Shown here piece after piece: positions 27,852 through 37,764 of a stretch of DNA of 64,000 nucleotides (the stretch's first letter is position 1; every line of letters starts with the position of its first letter). The translations under genes and the position numbers were made by a program. The stretch is from assembly GCA_048270185.1 (NCBI GenBank), contig JBLWTJ010000001.1:640001-704000 (forward strand). Direction: 5' to 3'. A model generated the notes under the pieces. That model made no database searches and was not told the origin of the DNA. It saw only the letters and a list, made by a program, of their open reading frames with translations. The stretch is from Bacteriovoracaceae bacterium (lineage in GTDB: Bacteria; Bdellovibrionota; Bacteriovoracia; Bacteriovoracales; Bacteriovoracaceae).

Positions 27852-30329
27852 ATGAAAATGATAAAAATATTACCTCTAATACTTCTATTAATCTCGCTAC
27901 GATTTAATCTCTATGCAAATCAGGCATGGGACAGTAACGCTACTTCTTGGTGGCTCATAGCCGATACTAACAAAAACAGAGCAGGAGTGATCCACTACGA
28001 CGGCACCCTTACTCCATTGACCCTTATAAGACACGGTGTAAGAACAATTGCCAAAAATCTAAAAAACAGTCCTAAACAAAAGAAAGCAGGACTAATGACA
28101 GGACTCGTTGGCAAATATTCACAGGTAGCGAACGAGTTTGGTAACTTAGATCTTATTATAAATGATCTTAACGAATACGGTTACACAAAGTATTACCATC
28201 CTAGTAATAGATCTATTTTTTACAATTGGAAATTCCTCCACATGTACCAAGTTAAAGGGCAAGAATCTTGTCATAACTTCGTGTTATTTACGTACCATAT
28301 AAATACAGAAAATCTGCCTTATGAATATATAGAAAAAATAATCAATCAGTGTAGTAGCATATTTATCGTAGAAATTGATTACTTCGATACTTCTCATCCA
28401 AACTATATGAATGAAATTAATAGAAAGAAAGATATCTTCTCAAAACTAGGTGTTTCATACTGCGCAACGATTGTAACAAAGGAAGGAATGCAAGGATGTA
28501 TCGACGAAATCACTGGATTTAGAACAGAGAAGAAATTTAAATGGGACTCAAAATCAAAAAGATGTATAAATCCAACAACAAAGGAAGTTGGCTTAAACCC
28601 AAGTGAAGGGCCAAAAGATTTAAAAAATGCTAAAGACCTTGAATGTTATGATTTCAATGGCATTAGTTTTAAATATGGTGAATATGGGGATATAGGAATC
28701 GTAAGTAAATCAATCAATGGTTCACATTTCACTGATACAGACTTAAGTCACCTAGTCTTTGAACAAATTAAGCCGATTGAGGGAGTAAAAATCACAAGAA
28801 CAAATCTTGAAGAGACGTACTTCAAAACAGGTCTTATTAATAGTACTTTTAATGATAATGATCTAAATAGTGTTTCTGTAAAAGGTGAATTTACGGGAAA
28901 TACTTTTAACTTAGATAGAGTTCATCATTTGAATATTGAGGTACCATTAACTTCAAGTGTTAATAGACAAAATGAATTCAAGAATATTACAGCTAAAAAT
29001 ATCACATTCAAAAACGACAGTAATAGAGTTACGGATAAAGAAAATTGCATCTCGGTCTCTATACAAGATTCAAGTATAAAAGAACTTGATATTGAAAAGT
29101 TAAACTTATGTAACCTAGGTATAGAGAATACAATATTAGAAAATTCTAAAATTGAAGAAGTACAAATACTTAAGGGTGATATTTACAATGTGAAATCAGA
29201 GAATCTAAGACTTTCAAAGTCCACTATTCATAGAGGTTCAATTAACATTTTCTTAATTAGCAATAGTCGTCTGAAAGAGACTGGTTTCGCAAATATTAAA
29301 CCATTCAAAAGCCTGACAATAAACAACTCTAAAATCGAAAAATTAGGCTTACTTTACTCTAATGTGGAAGATCTAAAGATTAACAGTAACGAAGGTGGTA
29401 CATTGATTTTTCAAGAATCTGAAGCACTTAAGACCGACTTTTCAAAATCGAATATTAGTATAATAGCAGATACAACGAACTTAAGTGGATCTCTCTTTAA
29501 TACAGATCAATTGCAATATAATCTCAATTCCAGAGAACTAGCCTTTCAAAATTCAAAGTGCAACAATTGTTCTTTTAGCAACACCAAGGCATCGAGTTTA
29601 ATTTCAGTGACCTCTGAGTTAAATGGTTCGGATTTTTCAAACCTATATACTGATAATTTTTTAACTCAAGAAAGTTATTTGAATAATTCAAAATTTAACA
29701 ACGCACGCCTAAATCATATTGAATCTAACGCAAGCTTCTTTAACTTTTGCGATTTTACACAGGCATCTGGTTTTAGAGATTCGCTCTTTCTAAAGACTAA
29801 TTTTAATGACACTAATTTTAATCAAGTTGCTTTTACTAATGCCACAATCGTAGAAAGTAATTTCGTTAGAGCTAACTTTAAAGATGCATTTTTTTCAAGT
29901 GGTATGTCCTTAGAAAAAGATAATTTTACAGGTGCGAACTTTTATAATGCAAAAGTTGATGGTTTGATCTTTATTCAATCAAATTTAAATGAGGTTAAAC
30001 AATTCGGGGCCCATGGCTGGAGCATGGCAACAGGTATTCAAATGGATATGACAACAATGGAAAACGCAGAGATAAGAGGCGGTTTTAGAGATGCAAATAT
30101 TCATAACTCTTCATTTAGTGGAACAAATCTTAATGATGTTACATTAAGTGGTACATTTGTGAATACTAGATTTATTGGTGCTGACCTTAATAATGCTAAA
30201 TTTCAAAATGCTTTTTTAAAGGATCTTAATTTTACAAATGCAAGCTTAAGAAATGCTACTTTTTTTAATATTAGTCAAACTGGTTTAATTTTTGATAATG
30301 CTGACTTAACAGGTGTAAGTGGACTTTAA
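27852..30329 (+). CDS. Secreted pentapeptide-repeat protein
   Basis: Signal peptide and a long C-terminal run of A(D/N)(L/F)xx repeats (ANFKD, ANFYN, ADLNN, ASLRN, ADLTG). Confidence 0.88.
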   Translation: MKMIKILPLILLLISLRFNLYANQAWDSNATSWWLIADTNKNRAGVIHYDGTLTPLTLIRHGVRTIAKNLKNSPKQKKAGLMTGLVGKYSQVANEFGNLDLIINDLNEYGYTKYYHPSNRSIFYNWKFLHMYQVKGQESCHNFVLFTYHINTENLPYEYIEKIINQCSSIFIVEIDYFDTSHPNYMNEINRKKDIFSKLGVSYCATIVTKEGMQGCIDEITGFRTEKKFKWDSKSKRCINPTTKEVGLNPSEGPKDLKNAKDLECYDFNGISFKYGEYGDIGIVSKSINGSHFTDTDLSHLVFEQIKPIEGVKITRTNLEETYFKTGLINSTFNDNDLNSVSVKGEFTGNTFNLDRVHHLNIEVPLTSSVNRQNEFKNITAKNITFKNDSNRVTDKENCISVSIQDSSIKELDIEKLNLCNLGIENTILENSKIEEVQILKGDIYNVKSENLRLSKSTIHRGSINIFLISNSRLKETGFANIKPFKSLTINNSKIEKLGLLYSNVEDLKINSNEGGTLIFQESEALKTDFSKSNISIIADTTNLSGSLFNTDQLQYNLNSRELAFQNSKCNNCSFSNTKASSLISVTSELNGSDFSNLYTDNFLTQESYLNNSKFNNARLNHIESNASFFNFCDFTQASGFRDSLFLKTNFNDTNFNQVAFTNATIVESNFVRANFKDAFFSSGMSLEKDNFTGANFYNAKVDGLIFIQSNLNEVKQFGAHGWSMATGIQMDMTTMENAEIRGGFRDANIHNSSFSGTNLNDVTLSGTFVNTRFIGADLNNAKFQNAFLKDLNFTNASLRNATFFNISQTGLIFDNADLTGVSGL

Positions 30330-30330
30330 A

Positions 30331-30363
30331 AAAAGAAGGCCAGCATTTCGCCGGCCTTCTTTT
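30331..30363. terminator. Bidirectional terminator, near-copy of the htpG terminator core
   Basis: AAAAGAAGGCCAGC-atttc-GCCGGCCTTCTTTT. Confidence 0.8.
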
Positions 30364-30388
30364 ATATATTCCTTTTGTTTTCTAGTGA

Positions 30389-30892
30389 TTAAAAAGCTGC
30401 ATTTGACTCATCAAAGTTTCTTGCAAATGTCTCAATTGAAATAACATTTGTATTCTCATCCATCCCATCGGCATGATTAAAAGCAACATTCTTATTATGT
30501 GCTGACATTTTATTTCCAGCAGTGTGTGAGCGTTTCTCATATGTACGAGAGCTCTCTTCTCTTTCTAATTCTTCTTTACAAGCAATACAACAAGTTGCAA
30601 TTGGTCTTGCGTGCAGTCTTCTCATTGAGATTGTTTCACCACATTCTTCACATTCACCAAATGTTCCTGCTTCTAATTTCTCAAGTGCGCGATTCACTTT
30701 ATTTAGAAGGAATTTATCCCTACCCATAAGTTTTAGTTTTAGTTGTGCATCTCTTTCATTCGAAGTTTGATCGATGATGTCACCCGAAGTTTGGTTCGAT
30801 AGTACCTGCTCAACTTTTTCAGTTGAACTAACTAACTGGTTTTTAAGATTTAGGAAAAGATTCTTAAAGTGTTCTTTTTGTTCAATATTCAT
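30389..30892 (-). CDS. DksA/TraR family C4 zinc-finger protein
   Basis: Coiled-coil tip DIIDQT and FGECEECG-x17-CIAC. Confidence 0.9.
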   Translation of the reverse strand: MNIEQKEHFKNLFLNLKNQLVSSTEKVEQVLSNQTSGDIIDQTSNERDAQLKLKLMGRDKFLLNKVNRALEKLEAGTFGECEECGETISMRRLHARPIATCCIACKEELEREESSRTYEKRSHTAGNKMSAHNKNVAFNHADGMDENTNVISIETFARNFDESNAAF

Positions 30893-30985
30893 TATTAACT
30901 CCCAAGTCTAAAAATATTCCGTCATATGGTACTAAAGCCTACTTCCTGTCCACTTTAGAGAGAATCCTTTCTCTGCCTATTATTA

Positions 30986-31002
30986 AGCAATGAGTATGCC
31001 AA
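30986..31002 (-). promoter_or_regulatory. Sigma54 (-24/-12) promoter of the DksA-like gene
   Basis: TTGGCATACTCATTGCT has GG-N10-GC spacing. Confidence 0.75.
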
Positions 31003-31131
31003 CTTTTTGGTCAATTAATGGGAGTATATTGTGAGTTATAGGTGAATTTTGGTGCCGATATGACATTTTGGTGGAGTTTTGGGCCTGCCTCTTAGCTAAA
31101 AGCCCCGCCATAACGCACCAGTCAATAGATT

Positions 31132-31560
31132 TTATACGAGTTTTTCGTCGCGAGAAACGATTAGGCGTTCATCATCAATCATCTTTGAATAGATGCTCAT
31201 GACTTCCATATGGGCCTCTAGGGCCTGTGATTTAGGAATTTTATTGGCAAGATGAAACTCAATATCTTCACGAATGCTCTTTGGAAGCTTTGTTAAGATC
31301 TCAGATACAATCGCTTCATCTTCTAGCTTGAAACTTAGGGCCAAGCTCTTAGGCTTTACCTCTCTTAAGAACTCGCTCATCATTTGCGACGTGATATAGC
31401 GCAAATCACTTAAGCGGTACATATGCTTCTTAAGCTTTTGAGCAAGCTGAGCATCCATACGAGAAAGGTTTCCAATTAAAGTATCCTTCTCTTCTTTATT
31501 CATTAAAGAGATGGCCTCTAGTATTTCTTCAAAGCCTGACTTCTTACCATTTTGAGACAT
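31132..31560 (-). CDS. Stand-alone FliG C-terminal-domain-like protein
   Basis: LAQKLKKHMY...FLREV...LALSFK...EAHMEV...LIV resembles FliG_C. Confidence 0.7.
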   Translation of the reverse strand: MSQNGKKSGFEEILEAISLMNKEEKDTLIGNLSRMDAQLAQKLKKHMYRLSDLRYITSQMMSEFLREVKPKSLALSFKLEDEAIVSEILTKLPKSIREDIEFHLANKIPKSQALEAHMEVMSIYSKMIDDERLIVSRDEKLV

Positions 31561-32530
31561 AGCGATCTTCTTTTAATAAGTAATTCTTAACGTAGTCCTC
31601 AACACCTTCTTCCACAATTTTAAATTCAAAATTAGGAAGGATCTTTCTAAACTTATCCATATCAGCTTGTGTGTAGTACTGATATTGATTTCTTAAGTGC
31701 ATTGGCATATCAATGAACTCAACCACGGCCTCTTTACCCATGGCCTTAAAAGTCGAGTTCACAAGATTTAAGAAACTATCAGCTCTGGCCGTTCCTATAT
31801 TTAAAATTCCAGAGTGCTTAGCAAGTTCTTGGTTACTTAACTCAATCATGGCATTGACGACATCTTTGACATAGATGAAGTCGCGAAGTTGCTTGCCATG
31901 TTCGTAACCTTCTTTATGAGATTTAAAGAGCTTTACTTGTCCTGTCTCATTAATTTGCTCAAAGGCCTTGTGAACGAGAGAGCGCATCTCTTCTTTATGG
32001 TATTCATTTGGCCCGTAAACATTAAAGAATTTTAGTCCAAACCAATGACTGGGCTTACTTTCTTGCTTTAGAACCCACTCATCAAATAATTGCTTTGAGT
32101 ATCCATAAGGATTTAATGGGCGAAGCTTTCCAATTTCCTCTTCATTATCTTCATAGCCTAACTCTCCATCACCGTATGTTGCGGCCGATGAAGCGTAGAT
32201 AAAAGGAATGTCCAGATCACAGGCAAGTTCGAAGTAATACTTTGAATGGGCAACATTGTTGACCATGAGATAGTCCATATCCATCTCTGTAGTGGAAGAG
32301 CATGCTCCCATATGATAGATCTTAGTAATAGCACCGTGAACTTCTCGAAAGCTCTCATCAAAGAATTCATCAGCGTGAAAATATTCGGCATATTTTAAAT
32401 TTCTAAGATTTTTCCACTTATCCTTGTGATCAAAGCGATCAATGATAATAATATCTTCGCGTCCTAAGGCATTTAATTTTGCGACAAGGACACTTCCAAT
32501 AAAGCCTGCACCACCAGTGACGAGAATCAT
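31544..32530 (-). CDS. hldD: ADP-L-glycero-D-manno-heptose 6-epimerase
   Basis: VTGGAGFIGS, HMGACSSTTE, YASSAATYG, PLNPYGYSK and FNVYGPNEYHK. Confidence 0.95.
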   Translation of the reverse strand: MILVTGGAGFIGSVLVAKLNALGREDIIIIDRFDHKDKWKNLRNLKYAEYFHADEFFDESFREVHGAITKIYHMGACSSTTEMDMDYLMVNNVAHSKYYFELACDLDIPFIYASSAATYGDGELGYEDNEEEIGKLRPLNPYGYSKQLFDEWVLKQESKPSHWFGLKFFNVYGPNEYHKEEMRSLVHKAFEQINETGQVKLFKSHKEGYEHGKQLRDFIYVKDVVNAMIELSNQELAKHSGILNIGTARADSFLNLVNSTFKAMGKEAVVEFIDMPMHLRNQYQYYTQADMDKFRKILPNFEFKIVEEGVEDYVKNYLLKEDRYVSKW

Positions 32531-33042
32531 GCCTCACCTTCTTCTTTTGTATTTAATTTACTCAAGTGAGTGAGTGAGATTCCACACATGGTAAGAAGAG
32601 CGATTAACTTGAAACTATCAAGACGAACGTATGTCTTGTGGTAGCTTCTTAATTGTTCATCAAAGATTTGATATTCTTCATCTGTTTCAATGTAGTTAGA
32701 TTTTGAAATATTGGCCTCTTTAATTCCAGGGGATAATTTAAAAGTATAAATAACGGCCAAGATCAAGGTCGCAAGAGAGAGAACTTTTACAATCTTAGAA
32801 GCAATGGACTTATTGCGATAAAGTAGAGCAAGAATAATGAGGAAACAGGCCAGGATTAATTCGATCACATTAAATGATGTGAAGATGATTCCACCAAGAG
32901 TTCCTGCTTCTTTTAAAGAGCTTACATTACGAAAGATATTTGGAGCGGCAATGAAGTCGATGAAAATCGTGGCAAAGAACCAGCTCATTGAAACGGCCAA
33001 AATAAGACTAAGAGTGACGTGTTTTTTTAAAATTGATTTCAT
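32527..33042 (-). CDS. Four-TM membrane protein (DUF4149-like)
   Basis: FIAAP-IF, AG-LGG-IF and a conserved His near the C-terminus. Confidence 0.65.
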   Translation of the reverse strand: MKSILKKHVTLSLILAVSMSWFFATIFIDFIAAPNIFRNVSSLKEAGTLGGIIFTSFNVIELILACFLIILALLYRNKSIASKIVKVLSLATLILAVIYTFKLSPGIKEANISKSNYIETDEEYQIFDEQLRSYHKTYVRLDSFKLIALLTMCGISLTHLSKLNTKEEGEA

Positions 33043-33058
33043 GTAGAAATCATACCGA

Positions 33059-33796
33059 CTATTTCATGTGATGACGAGCAAGATATGGGTGCACAATTAA
33101 TGCGACGGCCCAAATTCCGGCCTCAAACAAGCAAACCAATGGAACCCATAATCCCATCATAGTGATGACATCAGGTGGCGTTAGCATGGCCGAGACAATG
33201 GCAAAGGCCACATAGACATAGCGGCGCATATTTGAAAGTGATTGTTTTGTCACAATCCCCATAAAGCCAAGGATCAGCATTACATTGGGAAGTTGAAAGA
33301 TAAGACCTAAAAAGACTAGTACTTTACTAGAGAGAACAAGATAGTCTTTAAGTCCAATCGTTGCCTCTACGTTCTGCACCCCAAAACCAAGCAGTGTTTC
33401 AAAAGTTAATGGGAAGACAACGAAATAGCCAAATGCCACACCTAGAGCAAAAAGAAATAGTCCAATAACAATAAAGGGACGCACGGCCTTCTTTTCATGG
33501 TCATAAAGCCCTGGTGAAATAAATTTCCAGACTTGGTAAAACCACAGAGGACATGACAAAATCACACTTGAATAAAATGATACCTGGAATTGTGAGAGGA
33601 CTTTATCGAGAAGGCCTAAGTAGACAACCTTTCCCCCATCACTTCCAAGGGCCATGCGAAGTGGCCTTAATAAGATTTCTTGAATTTGGTCACCTAGGCC
33701 GTAGCAGACGATAAATGAGACCAAGATTATCACAAACACCTTAATAAGCGCTGTGCGTAATTCCTCTAAATGGTCAATCAAACCCATCTCTTTCAA
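33059..33796 (-). CDS. tatC: Twin-arginine translocase subunit TatC
   Basis: MGLIDHLEELR, QVWKFISPGLY-HEK, FQLP and LTPPD. Confidence 0.96.
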   Translation of the reverse strand: MKEMGLIDHLEELRTALIKVFVIILVSFIVCYGLGDQIQEILLRPLRMALGSDGGKVVYLGLLDKVLSQFQVSFYSSVILSCPLWFYQVWKFISPGLYDHEKKAVRPFIVIGLFLFALGVAFGYFVVFPLTFETLLGFGVQNVEATIGLKDYLVLSSKVLVFLGLIFQLPNVMLILGFMGIVTKQSLSNMRRYVYVAFAIVSAMLTPPDVITMMGLWVPLVCLFEAGIWAVALIVHPYLARHHMK

Positions 33797-33870
33797 AACT
33801 TACCCTAGTTTTCCATCTGTACTTCAAGTAAAATAATATTAATACTAAATATTTAACATAGTTAGAGCAA

Positions 33871-34452
33871 ATGAAGTACCCATTAATTCTTATTACATTA
33901 ATTTTTTTATTCAGTCTTAACACTCAAGCTAAGACGATTCTGCTATGCCTTGGGCAAGAAGAAAGCTTCTATGCGAAAAAGCACGACACGGGTCCTCGCT
34001 ATCATCTTAATCAAATAATGATTAATGAGATCTCAGCTATTGGTAATCCTGAGTTTACAGGCAAAAAATATAAGAAGTATTGTTCACATCCAGACAAAAT
34101 GCCTTCACTTCAAATTCTTAAGGCCCTAACTATTGGCAATGAGAAATTATTCAAATTCAAAACAGAAGATACAAGTGCTATGAGTCTTCAATATACAATG
34201 GTGACTTATGATGAGTTTAGACTCAAATCCATTAAGATCTTAATTGATTACTTGGCCAAATTACAAATGAATGCAAAGAGTGCAGATTGCTTAACAAATA
34301 ATATCAAGGGCCTTTCTGACTTCTATGCACGTTTTCGCTATCTTGAAGGCGAAGTCAACTTTCAAAGCTTAAAAGGTTCCAAGACAGAACTTGAGACAAT
34401 CTATAATTCTCTTGAAAATATTGAGAGTATTTATAAAAAGTGTAAGAAATAA
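33871..34452 (+). CDS. Hypothetical secreted protein
   Basis: 193-aa ORF with a signal peptide (TQA). Confidence 0.7.
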   Translation: MKYPLILITLIFLFSLNTQAKTILLCLGQEESFYAKKHDTGPRYHLNQIMINEISAIGNPEFTGKKYKKYCSHPDKMPSLQILKALTIGNEKLFKFKTEDTSAMSLQYTMVTYDEFRLKSIKILIDYLAKLQMNAKSADCLTNNIKGLSDFYARFRYLEGEVNFQSLKGSKTELETIYNSLENIESIYKKCKK

Positions 34453-34462
34453 CAGCTGAGAA

Positions 34463-35149
34463 TTAAATAAAGAAAACTTTTACGTTTGAATCTGCATCAT
34501 TAACAAAAGTTAGAAACTTCTTAGCTTCATCACTCGCTTCATCAGCAATTATGTAGAGATGATCTCCAATTAAAGCTTCGATTGTGATATTTCCTAATTG
34601 TTCAGCTAATGGAAAGAGGTCTTCTTTTAAAAATTGCCATGGCCTCTTTCCTGCCACAGTTTCCTTCTTATAGGAATTAAAAGTCACAGCAGGAATTGTC
34701 GTTTGTGTACTTTTACTTTTAAGCATTGGCCTAATATCAACAATACAACTTCCACAACCTCCACCGGCCTTAGAAATATTGGTAATCGTTAGAAGATCAC
34801 TAGCACCATTATCAATGAGGTCTTTAACACTGGCACGTGAAACACCAAAGCAGCGACATAATAGATTATCGGTATCGATGACTAGACCTTGATTTGGATA
34901 GAAGTAATTAAGTACTCCCTTAAAAAGAGTGAATAATTCAATTTGATCTAAAGTCTTATCATTGAACTTGGATTCAAGATATTCAACTAATGGAAGCTTT
35001 GTAGCTAAGGCATCATTAAGAACAGTATTTATCGTGGAGTCACTTGATTCCACATAGTATTCTTTAAGCACATTAAACTTATTAAAGCGCATCTGAATGC
35101 GACAAGGGTGACTAAGAGTTAAATCAGGAGCGATAAGAGATTGAGTCAC
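34463..35149 (-). CDS. BFD-like [2Fe-2S]-binding domain protein
   Basis: LCRCFGV...AGGGCGSC, like the NifU central domain. Confidence 0.8.
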   Translation of the reverse strand: MTQSLIAPDLTLSHPCRIQMRFNKFNVLKEYYVESSDSTINTVLNDALATKLPLVEYLESKFNDKTLDQIELFTLFKGVLNYFYPNQGLVIDTDNLLCRCFGVSRASVKDLIDNGASDLLTITNISKAGGGCGSCIVDIRPMLKSKSTQTTIPAVTFNSYKKETVAGKRPWQFLKEDLFPLAEQLGNITIEALIGDHLYIIADEASDEAKKFLTFVNDADSNVKVFFI

Positions 35150-35151
35150 AA

Positions 35152-35919
35152 TTAAGGATGAACCTCATCACTTCTTAGTGTCAGAATTTCAAAAGCATCA
35201 TCTGTTACAAGAATAGTGTGTTCAAATTGTGCCGACCACTTCTTATCTTTTGTAAGAACGGTCCAACCATCTTTTAGAACTTTGCAATCTTTTGTTCCAA
35301 GATTGATCATTGGCTCAATTGTAAAAGTCATACCAGGCTTCATCTCGGCGCCCTTACCTCTTTTCCCAACGTGAACGACTTGTGGATCTTCGTGGAACTC
35401 ACGACCGATACCGTGACCACAATAATCTTCAACAATTCCATATCCGTGATCGTGAGCGATCTCCATAATGGCCGCACCGATGTCTCCGATGTGTCCACCA
35501 GGGCGAACTTGCTTAATCCCTTCCATCATACATTGGTAAGTTACATCAACAAGCTTCTTAACTTCATCACTTACATTACCCACAAGAAAAGTCTTGTTAG
35601 TATCACCATGGAATTTATTAAGGTATGTCGTCACATCAATATTTAGAATATCACCATCTTTTAGAACATCTTTTGTACTTGGAATCCCATGGCAAACAAC
35701 TTCATTAAGAGAAGTACATACTGATTTTGGAAATCCGTGGTAATTAAGTGGTGATGGATAAGCTCCATTCTTTACAATATAGTCATGACATAATTTATTG
35801 AGCTCTTCAGTGCTAACGCCTGGCTTAACAAATGGCCCAATATACTCAAGAGTCGAAGCCGCAAGCCTTGAAGTCGCACGCATTAATTCGATTTCACGTT
35901 TTGATTTTATTGAGATCAT
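35152..35919 (-). CDS. map: Type I methionine aminopeptidase
   Basis: VCHGIP, NIDVT, HGD, GHGIG-FHE, FTIEPM and SAQFEHT. Confidence 0.98.
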   Translation of the reverse strand: MISIKSKREIELMRATSRLAASTLEYIGPFVKPGVSTEELNKLCHDYIVKNGAYPSPLNYHGFPKSVCTSLNEVVCHGIPSTKDVLKDGDILNIDVTTYLNKFHGDTNKTFLVGNVSDEVKKLVDVTYQCMMEGIKQVRPGGHIGDIGAAIMEIAHDHGYGIVEDYCGHGIGREFHEDPQVVHVGKRGKGAEMKPGMTFTIEPMINLGTKDCKVLKDGWTVLTKDKKWSAQFEHTILVTDDAFEILTLRSDEVHP

Positions 35920-36073
35920 ATCTTATCCTTATTCTAAGTACTTAAATATTCATACCTTTTAACATATTTGGGCCCACTAAAAAATAGACAAATTGAAAAT
36001 ATTACAATTTCCATGCTTCTAAACCCTTAAAATGGTATGATAAATGAAAATAATCATCAATCGGACCCATATT

Positions 36074-37732
36074 ATGAAAGTAAGAACGAAAATTTTAAGC
36101 CTATTCCTTTGTCTCATCCTTGGCCTCAATGTCATGGCCACGCAAGATGATGCTCGTTCAAAACTCTTCATTCTTAAGTCAATTGATGACAATATCAATG
36201 CCCTTACCTTTGATAAGATTGGTGAAAAATACGATCCTGAATTTAATAACTTTGATAAATTTAGCGTCATCATGGACCATACAGCGCAGCTAGAAAAAGT
36301 AGCGACTACCTTTGCATCAGAGTTAAATGAGAAAGAAAAGAATGAACTTCCAATTAAAGGCGAAGACCTTGCGATCATGAGGGCCCTAATGAGATCAATG
36401 ATTCTCATTATGGAAAAAACGAGTATCTTCACGAATATTTACAAGAAGGCGAAAACAAGACAAATAAAAATGAGCTCAGAAGAGCTTGATGCACAAAAAG
36501 AAATTGCATCACTTTTGGCCAAGCTAAATTATTTAAAAGCTTATAAGGCCGCCTATCATGCTTTTTATAAAAGTAGCCGTACAAAGAGAATGGCAAAAGA
36601 AGTTGCAAGGGTCATTGAGAACGACAAGGACAAAGAAATTCTTAAACAATTTACTAAAATTGCTCGACATGATGACTTTCAAGAGTCTCTCCAAAGAGAA
36701 GCAAAACAATTCCTTGAGTTTAGAAATTACTACCTGCAACTTTTAAAACCAATGGTGACAACAGGAGTTGTTCAAGTTGAAAAATTTGATCTTAGAAAAA
36801 ATGTAATTGATAAAGAAATACCTAAAATTAAAGTATCAGGTATTGGAGATTGGTTTGTTGAGATTTTCAGTAAGACAACAAACTTCATTTCAGGTCTTTT
36901 TGGAAACCTCGTTGGTAAACTTAGATTCCGTCACGGTTATATGAAAGATCATGAAGGAGCTCTTAAGTATCTTTATGGAACTCTTAAACCACTTGATATC
37001 ATTGCTGAGAAAACTCCATTTGCGGCCACTGACTTCTTTATTCCAGGACACTTTGGTCACATTGCAGTTTATATTGGAACTCAAGCACAATTAGAAGAAG
37101 CGGGTCTATGGAACCATCCATCAATTAAGAAAATCAAAAAAGATATTCAAGCAGGTAAAACAATTCTTGAGTCGATTAGACCAGGAAGCCGCATGGTTTC
37201 ACTTGAAGAATTCTTAGAAATTGATGAGATCACAATTATTCGTGAAACAAATATCTTAGATAATAAATGGCAGAAGGAACAAGTCCTTGCAACGGCAATC
37301 GAGCAATTGAATAAAGATTACGATTTCAATTTTGATGTTTCAACACTTAAGAAAGTTGTTTGTTCTGAAGTTCCATACCATGCCTTTGGTCATAAGAGAT
37401 GGACAACAAGTTATATCTTTGGACGCAATACGATCTCACCTGATGAGATTATTGAAAATGCTTATACAAGAGGATCTGGTATTGAATTTATTGCTTCAAT
37501 TCAGGCAACTAAAGACGGTAAACTAAAAGGTATCGATAAAGAAAAAATGGCAAAGAATCTAAGCTTTGACTTTGATAAAAAGAAGAACCTATTCACAAAA
37601 GAGACGAAAGAATGTCGACTCGTGAGAGTTGTTCAACATAGAAATAAAAATGATCACTATATTGGTAAAAAATACCGTTATTACAAGAAATGTAAGAAAG
37701 TCGACACACCGCTAATTTATAGCGCCCTATAG
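36074..37732 (+). CDS. Secreted permuted NlpC/P60 (YiiX/YebB-like) cysteine hydrolase
   Basis: Signal peptide, IPGHFGHIAVY, YDFNF and VCSE. The start may instead be at 36044. Confidence 0.85.
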   Translation: MKVRTKILSLFLCLILGLNVMATQDDARSKLFILKSIDDNINALTFDKIGEKYDPEFNNFDKFSVIMDHTAQLEKVATTFASELNEKEKNELPIKGEDLAIMRALMRSMILIMEKTSIFTNIYKKAKTRQIKMSSEELDAQKEIASLLAKLNYLKAYKAAYHAFYKSSRTKRMAKEVARVIENDKDKEILKQFTKIARHDDFQESLQREAKQFLEFRNYYLQLLKPMVTTGVVQVEKFDLRKNVIDKEIPKIKVSGIGDWFVEIFSKTTNFISGLFGNLVGKLRFRHGYMKDHEGALKYLYGTLKPLDIIAEKTPFAATDFFIPGHFGHIAVYIGTQAQLEEAGLWNHPSIKKIKKDIQAGKTILESIRPGSRMVSLEEFLEIDEITIIRETNILDNKWQKEQVLATAIEQLNKDYDFNFDVSTLKKVVCSEVPYHAFGHKRWTTSYIFGRNTISPDEIIENAYTRGSGIEFIASIQATKDGKLKGIDKEKMAKNLSFDFDKKKNLFTKETKECRLVRVVQHRNKNDHYIGKKYRYYKKCKKVDTPLIYSAL

Positions 37733-37764
37733 TAATTGAGGGAAAAAGTTGATAGATTAGAGGT

